A stretch of 63,903 nucleotides of DNA, the filler included, from Octopus bimaculoides (lineage: Eukaryota), in the NCBI RefSeq assembly GCF_001194135.2. It is 8 parts of 5 records of this genome, joined end to end, with 100 filler letters (N's around TTAATTAATTAA, not from the genome) between each part and the next. Parts side by side here need not be neighbours in the genome. Positions count along the whole stretch, not along the records: positions 36,011 to 57,751 come from NC_068985.1; 7 more parts are not named here. One strand, given 5' to 3'. Under the pieces are notes generated by a model, which was not told where the DNA came from, made no database searches, and saw nothing but the letters and a program-made list of their open reading frames with translations. Positions 38,358 through 52,112 of this stretch are shown piece by piece. A program made the translations under genes and the position numbers. Every line of letters begins with the position of its first letter. The stretch's first letter is position 1.

Positions 38358-38567
38358 TATAAGGGGGTACTGAGAAGATCTTGGCTTTGGGTAAAAGAAA
38401 ATACAGGAGGATTAGTTAATTATGATTTTATTCAACATATTCCCCTCTCAGGTTCACACATTTATTGCAGTTTTTCTAAGCCTTCTAAAAGAACTCAGAA
38501 GGTTGGGCCTCCAACCAGGTCTTTTGCAACACCCTTAAAGTTAGGAAATTTCCAGCACCTCCTCGTA
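38358..38567. mobile_element. Mariner-type MITE
   Basis: ta-taagggggtactgagaagatcttggcttt ... aaagttaggaaatttccagcacctcctcg-ta degenerate TIRs. Confidence 0.7.
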
Positions 38568-40633
38568 TATTGGGACAAGTTGATATGTGAAATACTACAA
38601 GATAAAATTCAATATTGAGAAATGACTTATTTGTTAGCCTTGGGCCAATGCTGATAGAACTAATCTCTGATCAAAAAAATTCCAATTGTAAATATTCCAG
38701 TCTTCTGAGAAATACCTAGGTTTACATTATCTGATGTAGTCTTTAATTTTTCAAACCTTCTTACTGCGAAAATCAGATATCCCTATTCAAAGTTTCATGA
38801 TCCTTAATTGCAGAAAGTAGTTTTATATACTGATCTATCTTTTGTTGATGAATGTCAGGTTTGAAATAATTTTTTGTTGAGGTATTTCAAGTTTATTGAA
38901 GCAATGTGACTTTCAGAAAATACCAATTTAATTTTTTTGCTTTTTTGGGGGCAGGGGCAGGGTCTCGATATTTATCATCATTACTGGAATGACCATGAAA
39001 TTTAATATCACAGTTAAAAAGTTAAACGGTGGGTTGAGATTTCAGGTGGATTCGACTACTATTTCCAACAGGTCGAGCATTAATTTAGTGTCTCTCTTAT
39101 TGGCTCATAACAGCATGGTGAGTTAACAAAAATGGTAGAACACCAGACTAAATAATTCTCAATATTTACCAACCCATGCCTGCATGGAACATCGGCATTA
39201 AGTTGTGGTGGTGGTGGTGGTGATGGAGATATAACTTCATACATCTACTTTCAAATTTTGTCATATCAATTTGCCTTTCTATTCTCTAGGAGGAATGTGA
39301 GAAAGGATAAATAAAGTTGACTCTAGGTAATATACCAAAGACTATTCCACCCTTTCCCAACAAAAATTGGACACAAGCACAAGGAAAAGAAAATAATCAG
39401 TTTTTATATATAAAAACAACTGGCCACTAGAGAATTATAGAAAACAAGTTGAAGTTATTTCAGGTTAATAATATTTAGATAACATTCAAGATAAGAAAAG
39501 AAGTGGGCTAACAGTAAATTAACTATGGGATATAAACTGAGGGTTTTTTAAATAAACATTAAGAGACCCTTCAAAAAAACAGAGGGAAGTACATGCTGAA
39601 GCATTTTTAAAGGGACTGTTTTAAACAAAAACTCCAGGACTCCAAATTTAATCTCACAAACATCTGTGATTCAATTTAGCTAAAGACAAAGATAACTCTT
39701 TGGGAATATGGTTCTCAAGTTACTTCTATTGCTTTGAATTTTGTTTCCGTATAGTTGTAGTTCCTGGAGGAATGTTGAAAGGGGTACAAATTGGCATAAC
39801 TAATTGAATGAGAGTGAGAGGGGAGAGAGACAGAGAGAGATGTGGAGAAAGATAGGTTAACTTTTTTACTACAGAAATAAGACATATCCACTCAAAATTT
39901 CATTATCCTTAACTGCAGAAAGCAGTTTTATATATTAATCTATCTTTTATTGAAGATTGTCATGTTTGAAGCTATTTTTTGCTGAGATATGTTATGTTTA
40001 TTGAAGCAGTATAATTTTCAGAAAATATAAATTCTATTTTTTGGTAGATATCTAACACCATGATGTAGTTGCAATATAAACTTTTACCTGTTTCTTTGGT
40101 TGGTATGCCAAAGAAACAAATGAATATTTCAAATTGGTGAAGGTTTCAAAGTTAAAAGAGACAGACATAGAGCTAATATAATGGTGGTTAATCCCATAAT
40201 CCTATTTGGTTATCTGGACACTACTGAAGACCTTATCTTCAGGCAGTGATTCAAGGGTTGTTTCCCATTGCCTTATGCAGACCCTTATCTAAGTCATATA
40301 ATCATCAGTTAACAATTAGTTTGCTGAATTCGGACAGAACTTGTCTAAACATTTAAAATTTCACTTTTAATTCTTCATTTTTTTTTCTCATGTTTCTCCT
40401 CCAACTCAAACACAAATAAATTTAGTGGAATACAGTTTTTATTACGATAAATCCAAATATGTATATATATTCTTATTTTATACTTATTGTTTCCTTCTGG
40501 TATAAGCAACATACAACACTTAACAAGGTACCACAACAGTTGTAACTGATCATAAAAGATGTACTAAACTCTTTCTTTGACTTCTTATTTTGATTATATA
40601 TAAATATATATATATATTATACACACGCACATG

Positions 40634-40665
<32 letters not shown>

Positions 40666-40717
40666 TACACATAAATGTCTCCGTCTAACTTGCCTTTGAA
40701 TTATCATAGCAAATATA

Positions 40718-41772
40718 TCAGGTCATCCCATAAGTTCTGTCCGAATTTTAAATAAAGAAAACAAGTGATCAAATGTTATATTTAATTGAAATTTAATCAT
40801 CACTGTACTTTCCCTGATTATCTATGACTTCCTTCCATCTATTTACAAGCTTTTTAATCCCATCAATGTAAAACTCTTTTGGTTTCAAAGCGAAGAACTC
40901 TGAAATGTCAGTTTCGACCTCCTCCAAATAATTCTGTAAACTACGAAACAAATGATAGTCTGAAGNNNNNNNNNNGTGGTAACAATTCAAAGTGAATTAC
41001 TCCTTTGCAATCCCACTAGACAGAGAGAAGAACCTTTTTCCCATGAAGTTCCCTTCTTGGTTGTGGTTGAGCTTTTTCCCTTTTACCAAGCCACTGTTTA
41101 CGATGTTTAACATTTCAATAGAAGATCCATTTTTCATCACCAGTCACAAGTCTATCCGAAAAGGGTAAAATGAGTTTGCGAGAATGGAAAGAAGAGCAGA
41201 TATCAACTCGGGATTTGCAGTTGCTTTCGGACAATTCATGAGGCACCCATTTTCCAAGTTTAGGAACCTTTCCAAGTTGTTGAAGATGATGATGAATAGT
41301 TGTATGGTTTGAACTAAGCTTTATTGTGAATTCTTCAACTGATAATGCAGGATTTTCTTCAAATAATGCCTCAAGGAGCTTATCATCAAACTCAACTGGA
41401 TGTCCTGTTCGATTTTCATCTTCAAGGCTGAAATCGCCACTTCTAAATATTGCAAACCATCTTTTACAAGTTCTTTCATTCAAGCATTCTTTCCCTGAAT
41501 GTATGTTTCGAGTCACTTCGGCTGCAGAGTTTTCTTTTTTGTACTCATAAAGCATTATGTGCCTCAAATGCTCTTTGGATACTTCTATACTAGAAACGGT
41601 TTTCATCAAGGAAATTTTAATTCTATTATTCTGTAAAATGATATTTAATTAGTTTAAATGTACACAAATGCCTAAAAATAATTTTTAATTCCATTAGACA
41701 TTCTAAAATACTATTAAATTTCATTCAATTTTAAAAAAGGTAAAATTGGACAGGACTTATGAGATGACCTGC
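40718..41772 (-). mobile_element. Mariner transposon with defective transposase and an internal gap
   Basis: TIRs tcaggtcatcccataagttctgtcc / ggacaggacttatgagatgacctgc, TA both sides; WVPHEL, TGDEKW and SDYHLF motifs; in-frame stops. Confidence 0.92.
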
Positions 41773-42603
41773 TATATACAACACCATAGGAAGAAAGGAA
41801 GAAAGATGGGGAAAAGAAAGAGAAAGGAAAATGAAATTACATACTGCATAAATGCCAATATCCTTCAAAATCAATTAGACTTAAAAGAAAAAGAAATATT
41901 AGGGAAGTAGTCCAGATGTTGCTAGATCAGACATGCATGTGAGACTAATTTTGGTATACTTTCCTTGAGTTGCTAGACAATAAGCAAGAAACTGAAGTAG
42001 AAGAATTTTAATATATCAAGCAGGATGGGTTTTGTCTCTAGAAGAACTAGCACTGATTGATTCAGATATATACAAGCAATATTGAAATAAGGAGAGAAAA
42101 GGAATGAGTAAGGAAAATAAAATGAAGTCATACATAAGTGCCAAAACAAGGAGAAATTTATCAAGAGCAAGAGAAAATATTAAAAAGATTCCAATGCATG
42201 CATGAAAATAATGATGAAAGAATGAATTAACAAAGAGAAGATGCAAACATACCATGTGCAAAGAGAAGAGAAACAGGACAAACAAGATGGAGTAGGATAA
42301 AAAAACGATATGGGTTTCTGAATGGAACCTCCATTGATTGAAATTTTGGAAGTTTGTCAAACATTACATCATCAGCTGTCAAACATTCTACATCAGCTGT
42401 AGAAATGACATCACTGGTGCCAAGCTGTATCAGCCTTTGCCTTTTCCTTGGATAACATCGGTGGTGTGGAGAGAGAAGTCTGGTATGCATAGGTGATTGT
42501 TGGTCTTCCATAAACAACCCTGCCTAGACCTGTACCTTGGAGGGGAACTTTCTAGGTGCAATCTCATGGTCATTCATGACTGAAGGGGTTCTTTACCCGT
42601 CAG

Positions 42604-43308
42604 AGTGTAAGTATCTTGAGAGAAAAGCTGAACATTAGAAGCATCAGTTGTGGCGTGCAAGAGAGACGATTGCGCTGGTATGGACATGTGGTGAGAATGG
42701 AGGAGGATAGCTGCGTGAAAAAGTGCCACACCCTAACAGTTGAGGGAACCCGTGGAAGAGGTAGGCCCAGGAAGACCTGGGCTGAGGTGGTGAGGCAAGA
42801 CCTTCGTACATTGGGCCTCACCNNNNNNNNNNNNNNNNNNNNNNNNNNNNNNNNNNNNNNNNNNNNNNNNNNNNNNNNNNNNNNNNNNNNNNNNNNNNNN
42901 NNNNNNNNNNNNNNNNNNNNNNNNNNNNNNNNNNNNNNNNNNNNNNNNNNNNNNNNNNNNNNNNNNNNNNNNNNNNNNNNNNNNNNNNNNNNNNNNNNNN
43001 NNNNNNNNNNNNNNNNNNNNNNNNNNNNNNNNNNNNNNNNNNNNNNNNNNNNNNNNNNNNNNNNNNNNGGTGGCACATAAAAGACACCATTTCGAGCGTG
43101 GCCGTTTTCGTGCGGGTGACACGTAAAAGCACCCACTACACTCTCTGAGTGGTTGGCGTTAGGAAGGGCATCCAGCTGTAGAAACTCTGCCAAATCAGAC
43201 TGGAGCCTGGTGTTGCCATCCGGTTTCACCAGTCCTCAGTCAAATCGTCCAACCCATGCTAGCATGGAAAGCGGACGTTAAACGATGATGATGATGATGA
43301 TGATGATG
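42604..43308 (+). mobile_element. 5'-truncated RTE-clade LINE 3' end
   Basis: ERRLRWYGHVVRM...GTRGRGRPRKTW C-terminal RT region, then gap, 3' UTR and (GAT)n tail. Confidence 0.85.
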
Positions 43309-44227
43309 AGTAATCCGAATGCTAAAGGGTTCAATAACAACAGTTTCTACTGGAATGATATGTCTTCTTGAAAACCCAGAGTATTATAGCGTTTCATCAA
43401 GACCTCAGTAATCATTATCAGCTGACAATTTTTTTCAATGTGAAAAAAAAAAGAATTTGTCTGTAACAGTTTGTTGAAGATTTCTAGTACCTCTGTACTT
43501 TACATTAAAAAATTCTTTATTTTGCAAAGGATGCCTTGATATATAGTGAAGTGAAATGTTTCAAAACTGTATACATTGCTTGAAAGAAAAATGCTGCAGA
43601 CCAAAGTCATCATGATCACTATCATTGTTGTAGTCATCATCAGCAGCAGCAACAACAACATCACTGTTGATGTTGTAGTTGTCTTCATCATCATCATTAT
43701 AATTGTCATCATCATCATCATCATTGCTGTAGTTATCATCATCGTCATTGTCACCCTTGTCGTCATCATCATCATCATCATCATTCTATTTAACCATTCT
43801 TATTTTGATACCAATTTTTTTAATTTATTACCATGCTGGCATAATGTTGAATAAGTGTCTATAACATGTTATAGACACAAAATATCTCCCTTAATCTCAA
43901 TCTTCAAGCCTATGTTCTTAATCTAACACTAACACTCCCTTGTGGGTATATTTTGATTCGCCTCCACCATGATCACACTTACTCACTCACCATCAGTTCA
44001 TTAAGTGCTTATTTAACCCAGCATATATCAACCATTTACATTCTGTTCAGTTAACATAAATAGGTACAAACATAGTCATACAGTTAAGAAGTTTGCTTTC
44101 CAAATACATAGTTTGGGATTCAGTCTCATTATTTAGCATCTTGAGCTACTGCCATAATCTTGGGCCAACTTATGCTTTATGAGTGAATCTGATAGAGAGA
44201 AACTGTGTGAATGTGAGTGCATGAGCA

Positions 44228-44274
<47 letters not shown>

Positions 44275-44509
44275 ATATGTACATGTATATATTTTTCAAT
44301 GTTTGACATCCCTTTAACTTAATGGTTCTGCAATAATAGACTGATAGATCAAGTGCCAGACATAAAAAAAAGTACTGGAGTTTAATGGAGGTGATAGATA
44401 TCTAATCAGAATAACAAGGTCAGATAAGATATCTTGACCACAAAGAATAACCAGATCAAACAGAAAAAGAATCAGTCCTTTTAGACATCTCTTACAACAT
44501 GCAGGGTCA

Positions 44510-44559
<50 letters not shown>

Positions 44560-46114
44560 NNNNNNNNNNNNNNNNNNNNNNNNNNNNNNNNNNNNNNNNN
44601 NNNNNNNNNNNNNNNNNNNNNNNNNNNNNNNNNNNNNNNNNNNNNNNNNNNNNNNNNNNNNNNNNNNNNNNNNNNNNNNNNNNNNNNNNNNNNNNNNNNN
44701 NNNNNNNNNNNNNNNNNNNNNNNNNNNNNNNNNNNNNNNNNNNNNNNNNNNNNNNNNNNNNNNNNNNNNNNNNNNNNNNNNNNNNNNNNNNNNNNNNNNN
44801 NNNNNNNNNNNNNNNNNNNNNNNNNNNNNNNNNNNNNNNNNNNNNNNNNNNNNNNNNNNNNNNNNNNNNNNNNNNNNNNNNNNNNNNNNNNNNNNNNNNN
44901 NNNNNNNNNNNNNNNNNNNNNNNNNNNNNNNNNNNNNNNNNNNNNNNNNNNNNNNNNNNNNNNNNNNNNNNNNNNNNNNNNNNNNNNNNNNTATATACAC
45001 ATGTGTGTGTGTTAGGGTTAGGATTTGTACTTGAGAAGATGCTGACAAGGGTGATTTCCTACCCACACTACTTTTGTTGCTTGCTTTTCCTCTTTGATCA
45101 GGTGGTCATCTCTCACCTGCCCTTGTTAAATCTGATGAGATATCTAATCACCTCTTGTCTTTTCCAGTTGTTCTCCATCACCTCAACACCATCTCTTATG
45201 TTCTATTTCCTTACTGTCAACATTATTGGTTACTCTGTAGTACAAGCAATTGTACTCAGAGAAATGTTCACAGGTGCATCATATGGCAGCTGGAAGTTGA
45301 TACTAGAAACCATTTCACTTGTCTAGTAGCACTAAACAACCCACTTTTCAAAATGTGTAGCAGGAGATTAAGCTACTGTTATAATATAATTTTTCATTCA
45401 TTCCACTCTTGTTAATGGAATCTGATGTACATGGTTGGTCATAAGAGCCTCAGATGAAGGACATATTGATAACACATCTTGAAATTTTCTACTGAATTAC
45501 TGTTGCCATCTCTCTTTCATCTTGGCCTTTGTCTCAAGATTCCTCTTGACATCATTTAAAGCTAATATATGGGCCTTGTGAATGAATCTGTAGGTAGAAG
45601 TTCTGTCAAATGAATATACATGTATATATGTGTGTGTGTGTGCGTGAAAGTGCTTGTGCCGCCTTTGACAGATAGGTGGGGAAACATAGATATGACTAAG
45701 ACATTTAATAAGCTGTCTCTTGATTGATTGATTTTTTTTTTTAACTTCCAATTTCAAACTTAAATTTCATACTCTACTCCTGTATATAGGAACACACTAT
45801 AACTTTCATTGCCTGTGAAATGGAATCAGCATTGCTTGAATAGCTTACCAAACTGTGCTTGGAGAGTTTTTAATTCTGTTTTTTTTTCCCCCATTAGTGT
45901 TCTTAGTACTATTTCCCTTGTACACACACACACACACCCACATGACAAGCTTGTTTCAATTTCCATCAACCAAATCAGGCCAAAGCTATGGTAGAATGAC
46001 AGTTAACCTAGGTACCATGTAGTGAGACTGAACCTGAACTATGTGAATGGGAAGCAAACTTCTCACCACACAGCCATGCCTATGTATAATATACCATCAT
46101 CAGTTAATGTCCAT

Positions 46115-46335
46115 CTTCTATGTTGGTGTTTGTGCGTCTGTGTTTGTCTCCCCAACATCACTTGACAACCGATGCTTGTTTGTTTATGTCCCCGTAACTT
46201 AGCAGTTTGGCAAAAAGGACCAATAGAATAAGTACTAGACTTACAAAGAATAAGTCCCTGAGGTTGATTTGCTCGACTAAAGGCGGTGCCCCAGCATTGT
46301 CGCAGTCTAATGAGTGAAACAAGTAAAAGAATAAA
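46115..46335 (+). mobile_element. 3' half of tRNA-derived SINE (7812 family)
   Basis: cttgacaaccgatg...ccccgtaacttagc...gaaacaagtaaaagaataaaag. Confidence 0.85.
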
Positions 46336-46338
46336 AGA

Positions 46339-46379
<41 letters not shown>

Positions 46380-46389
46380 NNNNNNNNNN

Positions 46390-46440
<51 letters not shown>

Positions 46441-46509
46441 CACATATATATACGGACACACACAATACATATAAATAGAAACATAAATATAGCTATATGA
46501 GGGATTTCT

Positions 46510-46870
46510 TATATCTTTTACTTGTTTCAGTCATTAGAATGCTGCCATGCTGGAGCACTGCTCTTAAGAACTTTTAGTTGAATTAATCAGCCCTGGTACT
46601 TACTTTAAGCTTGGCATTTATTCTCTTTGGTCTCATTTGCCAAATTACTAACTTATAAGGAAGTAAACACTCACATCACACACACACACACACACGCCCC
46701 CCCCCACACACACACACATATATGATGGTCTTCTTTCAGTTTCTGCCTACCCAATCCACTCACAAGGCTTTGGTTAGTATGGGGTTATAGTAGAAAATAC
46801 TTGCCCAAAGTGCCACGCAGAGGGACTGAACCCAAAACCATGGGTTGCGAAGCAAGCTTCTTACCACACT
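46510..46870 (-). mobile_element. tRNA-derived SINE (7812 family), tail-to-tail with the previous copy
   Basis: Reverse complement of family consensus. Confidence 0.85.
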
Positions 46871-47074
46871 CATTATCATATAATTTCCATGGATAGGATG
46901 ATTTGACAATAACTGATGTGTTTGAAAAGGAGTGCATGTTTGTGTGTCTGAGTGTGTGTGTGTATAAAAGTGAAGTAAAGTTCCTTCCCATGTCATAAGA
47001 GGTATAAATCCCCTTCCTGGATGGGATGGTGTTTGAGGGAGGGCATTTGGTGAAAGCAACTGGATCTGTAGAGC

Positions 47075-47456
47075 CTGAAGAATTGGATTCATCGTGATGA
47101 CAATGCACCCTATTGCCGAGCTCTCCTCACTGCTGAGTTTCTCTTCAAAAACAACATGATATCACTTCCCCACCCACCCTATTCACCAGGCTTAGTGCCT
47201 GCAGACTTCCATCTCTTCCCCAAGATGATGATGCAACTCAAAGGTTGCTGTTTTAACACTACTATTGAGATCCAGAGAGAATCACAGAAGCTCGCTTACA
47301 GAAAATGACTTCCAGGACAGATTCCAAAAGCGGCAGGAATGCTGGGACCGGTGTATTGCTACACAAGATGACTATTTCAAAGGAGATGATGTTAAAACTT
47401 AGGTAAATAAGCTATTAAACATAACTAGTCCTGGAACTTTTTGATATCACCTCATA
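47075..47456 (+). mobile_element. 3' fragment of a mariner transposase with right TIR
   Basis: DDNAPYC...[21 protein letters not shown]; ends cctggaactttttgatatcacctcata. Confidence 0.8.
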
Positions 47457-48292
47457 AGTACCAGAATTTCAAAAAAAAAAAACATTATACTGGAGCTGAT
47501 TTGTTCAACTAAACCCTTCAAGGCAGTGCCCCAGCATGTCTGCCATCCAATGAGTGAAACAAGTAAAAGATGAAAAATAGTCCTAAATCACAATAAAACA
47601 GTACAGTATCCACGACTTTCAGGAGCATTTTTGCATGCTCAGAATTGTTGAAGCATGAAATAAACTACCCACATCATATGTTAGCTGTCAGGACACAGTA
47701 TCCTTTTAAAATCCATGCTCCCAGAAAGTTCCCAACACCACTCGCAACAAAGTTATGCATCTTTTCCTTTTTATGGCACTTTTGCTGGTCACTTTCTTGT
47801 CATTTTGTGTTTTATTCAGTGTACTACACATGTACTTTTAGCTTTTATTGCTGTCATTCTTTATTTAATTTATTGCTGCTTTTCTGTCCTCTCTTTTACT
47901 CTTTCCTAAAAAGTGGTAGTACATCTCAGCAATATATACAATGAGCTCATTATATGATTGATATATCTGTGCTGGTGTCTCAGTAAATAGAAACATTATG
48001 ATACAACCTTGCTTTTTTTTTTTTTTTTCATAGAAGTTAAGGTTTGAATTCAACTTGAGAGGAATATACATATTCAGAAATAAGACATAAGACTCTTAAT
48101 TGAAACTGAATGAATATGAATATACACTAATGATGAGGTAAATAGTTTGGAAAACTATTCTCTGAATAATGTTGCTTTCTCATAATAAAAATTTATAAAC
48201 AAACAGTAGCAAAGTGGAGTTCATAGACAGCTAAGAATAATTTATAAAGGATTTTGTTTTCAAATTTAATAGAATACTTAAATTATTTTAAT

Positions 48293-48350
<58 letters not shown>

Positions 48351-49513
48351 NNNNNNNNNNCACACACAAACACACACACACACACACACATGCATGCACG
48401 TGTATGTATTTGTGTGTGTGTGTGTATGTGTGTGTGTGTGCGTGTGTATCTGTGTCTGTGTATGTATGTATATATGTATAATGAATGCCAAATTTTGAAC
48501 AATATAGATAAGGGTGGATATATATATATTCAATGAGATAAAAATCTTTTGGCTCATGAGGAATTATTAAACATTTTGATAGAGAAAGTTAAATATCACA
48601 CCCAGAAATTACTGTTTCTGTAACATAAACATAAACTGTAAATTCTTTTTTAAATATTTGTGTCCTCATAACATGAATTATAATTATAGCTATTATTATA
48701 GAATAATAATTATAGTTATTACCATACCAGTTATGTATTTAGGTACACCTATTTACATTTACAGTTCAAATTCTGTTGTAGTTCATTTTGCCTGTTATCC
48801 TTCCAGAATCAACAAAATAAGCACCAATGAAGTACTATAATTGATTAAATTAATTAAAGCCAAGCCCAAAAGTCTCTGACCTTGTGCATCCGTAAGAAAC
48901 CATAATTATAAATGGAATGGTCCAGAGTAAGGTCAGCTTAGAGGAAGGTTACTTGCTCAAAAAAACCTCAGGTTACAAGATATAGAGCTTTTAGCCATCA
49001 GGATTTCAGAAGATGTGGCTGGCACTCATCTTTAACCAGCTAGGGATGGGTGGCCAAAGGGGGCATCTACCCTAAATAATGCTTTTATGAAGGTGGCACA
49101 TTTGAGTCTGATGTAGAAGCCTATACGGGCTTAAGGTCCCAGGGTGGGTGATATACTCAAGGGTTTCTGTAGGCAGCACACACTCTAACTCCACCACTGA
49201 CTTCAATGACTCAAAAATTCATTAGACTACATGCTAAGTTGAATGGATTGTTTGGGTAAATTATGGTCATTGAAAGGTAAAGTATTATTTCTAGTGTTCC
49301 TCACTTCACATATGAGAATAAAAAAGACTAATGCACCAAAATTTTTCTTTTGCTGCAGTCGGACATTTCAAACATGACACTATGGAGTAGCACTGTTTTA
49401 CTAGAAAGAATTAGGTTTAAGAGTAGCGACAATCTTTCTGGATTCAGGTAAATCAGTGGTATGGGATGTAAATGACAGTAAAGGCAGTGCCTTCAGCACT
49501 AGTAGCTGTCTAT

Positions 49514-49609
49514 GAACCCAGTGGAGTAGGAACCCAGTGGAGTAGGAACCCAGTGGAGTAGGAACCCAGTGGAGTAGGAACCCAGTGGAGTAGGAACCCA
49601 GTGGAGTAG
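49514..49609 (+). repeat. Six perfect copies of 16-bp gaacccagtggagtag
   Basis: Direct count, 96 bp. Confidence 0.95.
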
Positions 49610-50837
49610 GACATCCACACTTCCTTACAGATCTAAAAATTTCTCTGGGAATATCCTGCTCTTTCTTATGAGTGCAGGATTGGAATTGTATTTTAGATGC
49701 ACAATGAAATTGTGTTGGGCAAACCATAGAAGAAGATGGAACAAAAACCTCTAAAACCTGTTCGCACATTTCCAACAGTCTGAGAGGCATGGGTGGATTT
49801 CCTGAATGTACTAATGTGAACTTGGAACAAACACAATGGGTTATTCAGATCATATTTAAAATATTCATTAGGCTAGCTGATAGAGATAGTATAGGGTACC
49901 CACAATTTAAACTCACTGGCTACACAGACCACTAATTTGTGATGTTGACTTAAGATTTATAGACAGGATACTGGCTACTGGAAGTTGGGTGCATCTTTCC
50001 CAGTGCAAGAAGACTACAGAGACTGGATTAGTGAGATAGTCAACAAGCATTTGATGGAGGCAACAGCCAACAATAAGAAGCATGATACTCTGAAGAGGGC
50101 AATTAAATCTGAATTGATAGTGTTTAGGAAAGAGTTAGTGATAGACAGAAGTAAAGCAGATGGATAGCTAGTTATTAAACGAGAAGTAATTAGAAATGGC
50201 ATAATGACCAATGTGCTTGTTGTAAGAGTAGCCCTCGACCATTTCTTCAGTGCAAAACACAAAAGCTGTGTTGTCATCCCCAATAGTCCCATCTATAACA
50301 ACGTTCACTTCATGTGACACATCACAGAGGGAGCAGATGATAAATCTGGCAGTGATGGGGCCCTGATCAATTTGGATGAGGTAAAGGCTTTTGGGTAGGT
50401 GGCCATTGCTACTTGGTAGCAGTCTGAAAAGAAGCCAGATTCAGACCTGTTTCTAGAAGCTGGATTGCAGCAAGGCACAATGGCACTTACTTGGTGGTCA
50501 AGTAAATGACCACCTATCAGGACCATTTTATATCATGCACTCAGTCCATCAGGATTGAGCTCTCTTATCTTTTCTATACACACTAACCCACAAGCCATTG
50601 CTGCAGAAACTAGAACTCTTAAAGAGCATCCCTTTCATGCTGGAATGCTGGAGAGCTGTGTCAGTGTATGCAGATGACATCACCATACTGGTTGTGGACA
50701 CCACAGAATTGCAAGTAATCAATTCAATTCTAAAGGTATATGAACCAATAGCAGGAGCAAAGATAAATCAGAACAAGTCAGTGGGTGTGCAGCTTGGTAG
50801 CTGGAAAGACAAGTTTATGCTGTTGAACAGCATAGTA

Positions 50838-52112
50838 TAAGGTTGTCAAGAAAGTTCTTGCGGTTTTTAACCTTTAAATTCAGATACACATATCTCAGCT
50901 CAAACAAAACTTTATTAATCAAAATAAACACCATCAGAATCAACACACTGAAACTAGTTTATTTATGCCAGTAGCATAAAAATCCAGTGTTCTGATGGTG
51001 ATGAAGTCGTTGAAGGCGTGTTTGGCATCGACTTGGTTTTTTAAGCATTTCTCACGCAGGAAGTTGTCAAGATGCTTGAAAAAGTGGTAGTCGGTAGGCA
51101 AGAGGTCTGGTGAGTATGGCGGATGAGGCAGAGTTTCAGAGTCCAATTCGTTCAACTTCTGCAGGGTCAGTTGTGCAACGTGCAGCCAAGCATTGTCGTG
51201 GAGAAGAATTGGTCCTTTTCTATTGACCAGTGCTGGCTGTTGTTGTCGGAGTTTCTTATGCATTTCATCCATTCGCTGACAGTACTTCTCTGCCATAATG
51301 GTTTCGCTTGGAACCAAAAAGCTGTGACGAATGAGACCGGCCACAGGCCACCAAACAGTCACCATGACCTTCTTTTGGTGGAACTTTGGCTTCGGGAAGT
51401 GCCATGGAGCTTCGTTGGCATCCAACCACTGAGCTGAGCATCGCCGGTTGTCATAAAGAATCCACTTTTCATCGCAAGTCACAATTTGGTCAAGAAATGG
51501 GTCGTTCTTGTTGTGTAAAAGAAGGGAAGATGACACTTCAAAACAGCATGTTTTTTGGTTGTCGTTCAATTTGTGCGGCACTTATTTCTCAAGTATTTTT
51601 GTTTTTCCAATCTCTTTCAAGTAGTTGGAAATTGTTGTATACATTACATCTAATTCAGGCAAGTTCTCAAACAGTTGTGTGTGGATTGGCTTCTACTAAG
51701 GCTCTTAGTTGATCATTGTCAACATCTAATGGCCGACCACTATGCTTATCAAGTCTTCAAGACTCTCATCACTGCTACAAAATTTCTTGAACCACCATTG
51801 TGCTGTACGTTCATTAGTGGTTTCTGAGCCAAATGCATCGTTGATATTGTGAGCTGTTTCAGCAGCTTTTCGGCCTAGCTGGAACTGGAATAAGAAAATT
51901 GTGTGAATTTGCTTTTTGTCCATGTTGTATTCAACATTCCGGAAAAAATAGCCTAATAATTCAAAAAGAAAAAGAGTAACACGATTAGATAGAGTGAAAA
52001 ACGGGCTTTAAAATGAGATATAAAGTCAAAGCAATTTAATGAAAATTAATTTGGAAATACTTCATTTAAAAGTAAAATTTAAAATTCCTCAAGAACTTTC
52101 TTGACAACCTAA
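50838..52112 (-). mobile_element. Full-length (1275 bp) mariner transposon with frameshifted D,D34D transposase
   Basis: TIRs taaggttgtcaagaaagttcttg / caagaactttcttgacaacctaa, TA duplication at 50836-50837 and 52113-52114; TCDEKW, LHDNA and [10 protein letters not shown] motifs; start MDKKQI at 51923. Confidence 0.95.

Noticed and set aside
40224-40242. CTGAAGA...TCTTCAG hammerhead-like word
   Set aside because: Simple palindrome; no GAAA or stems in the required order.
49514-49609. CRISPR-like array
   Set aside because: Repeats are contiguous with no spacers; eukaryotic LINE context.
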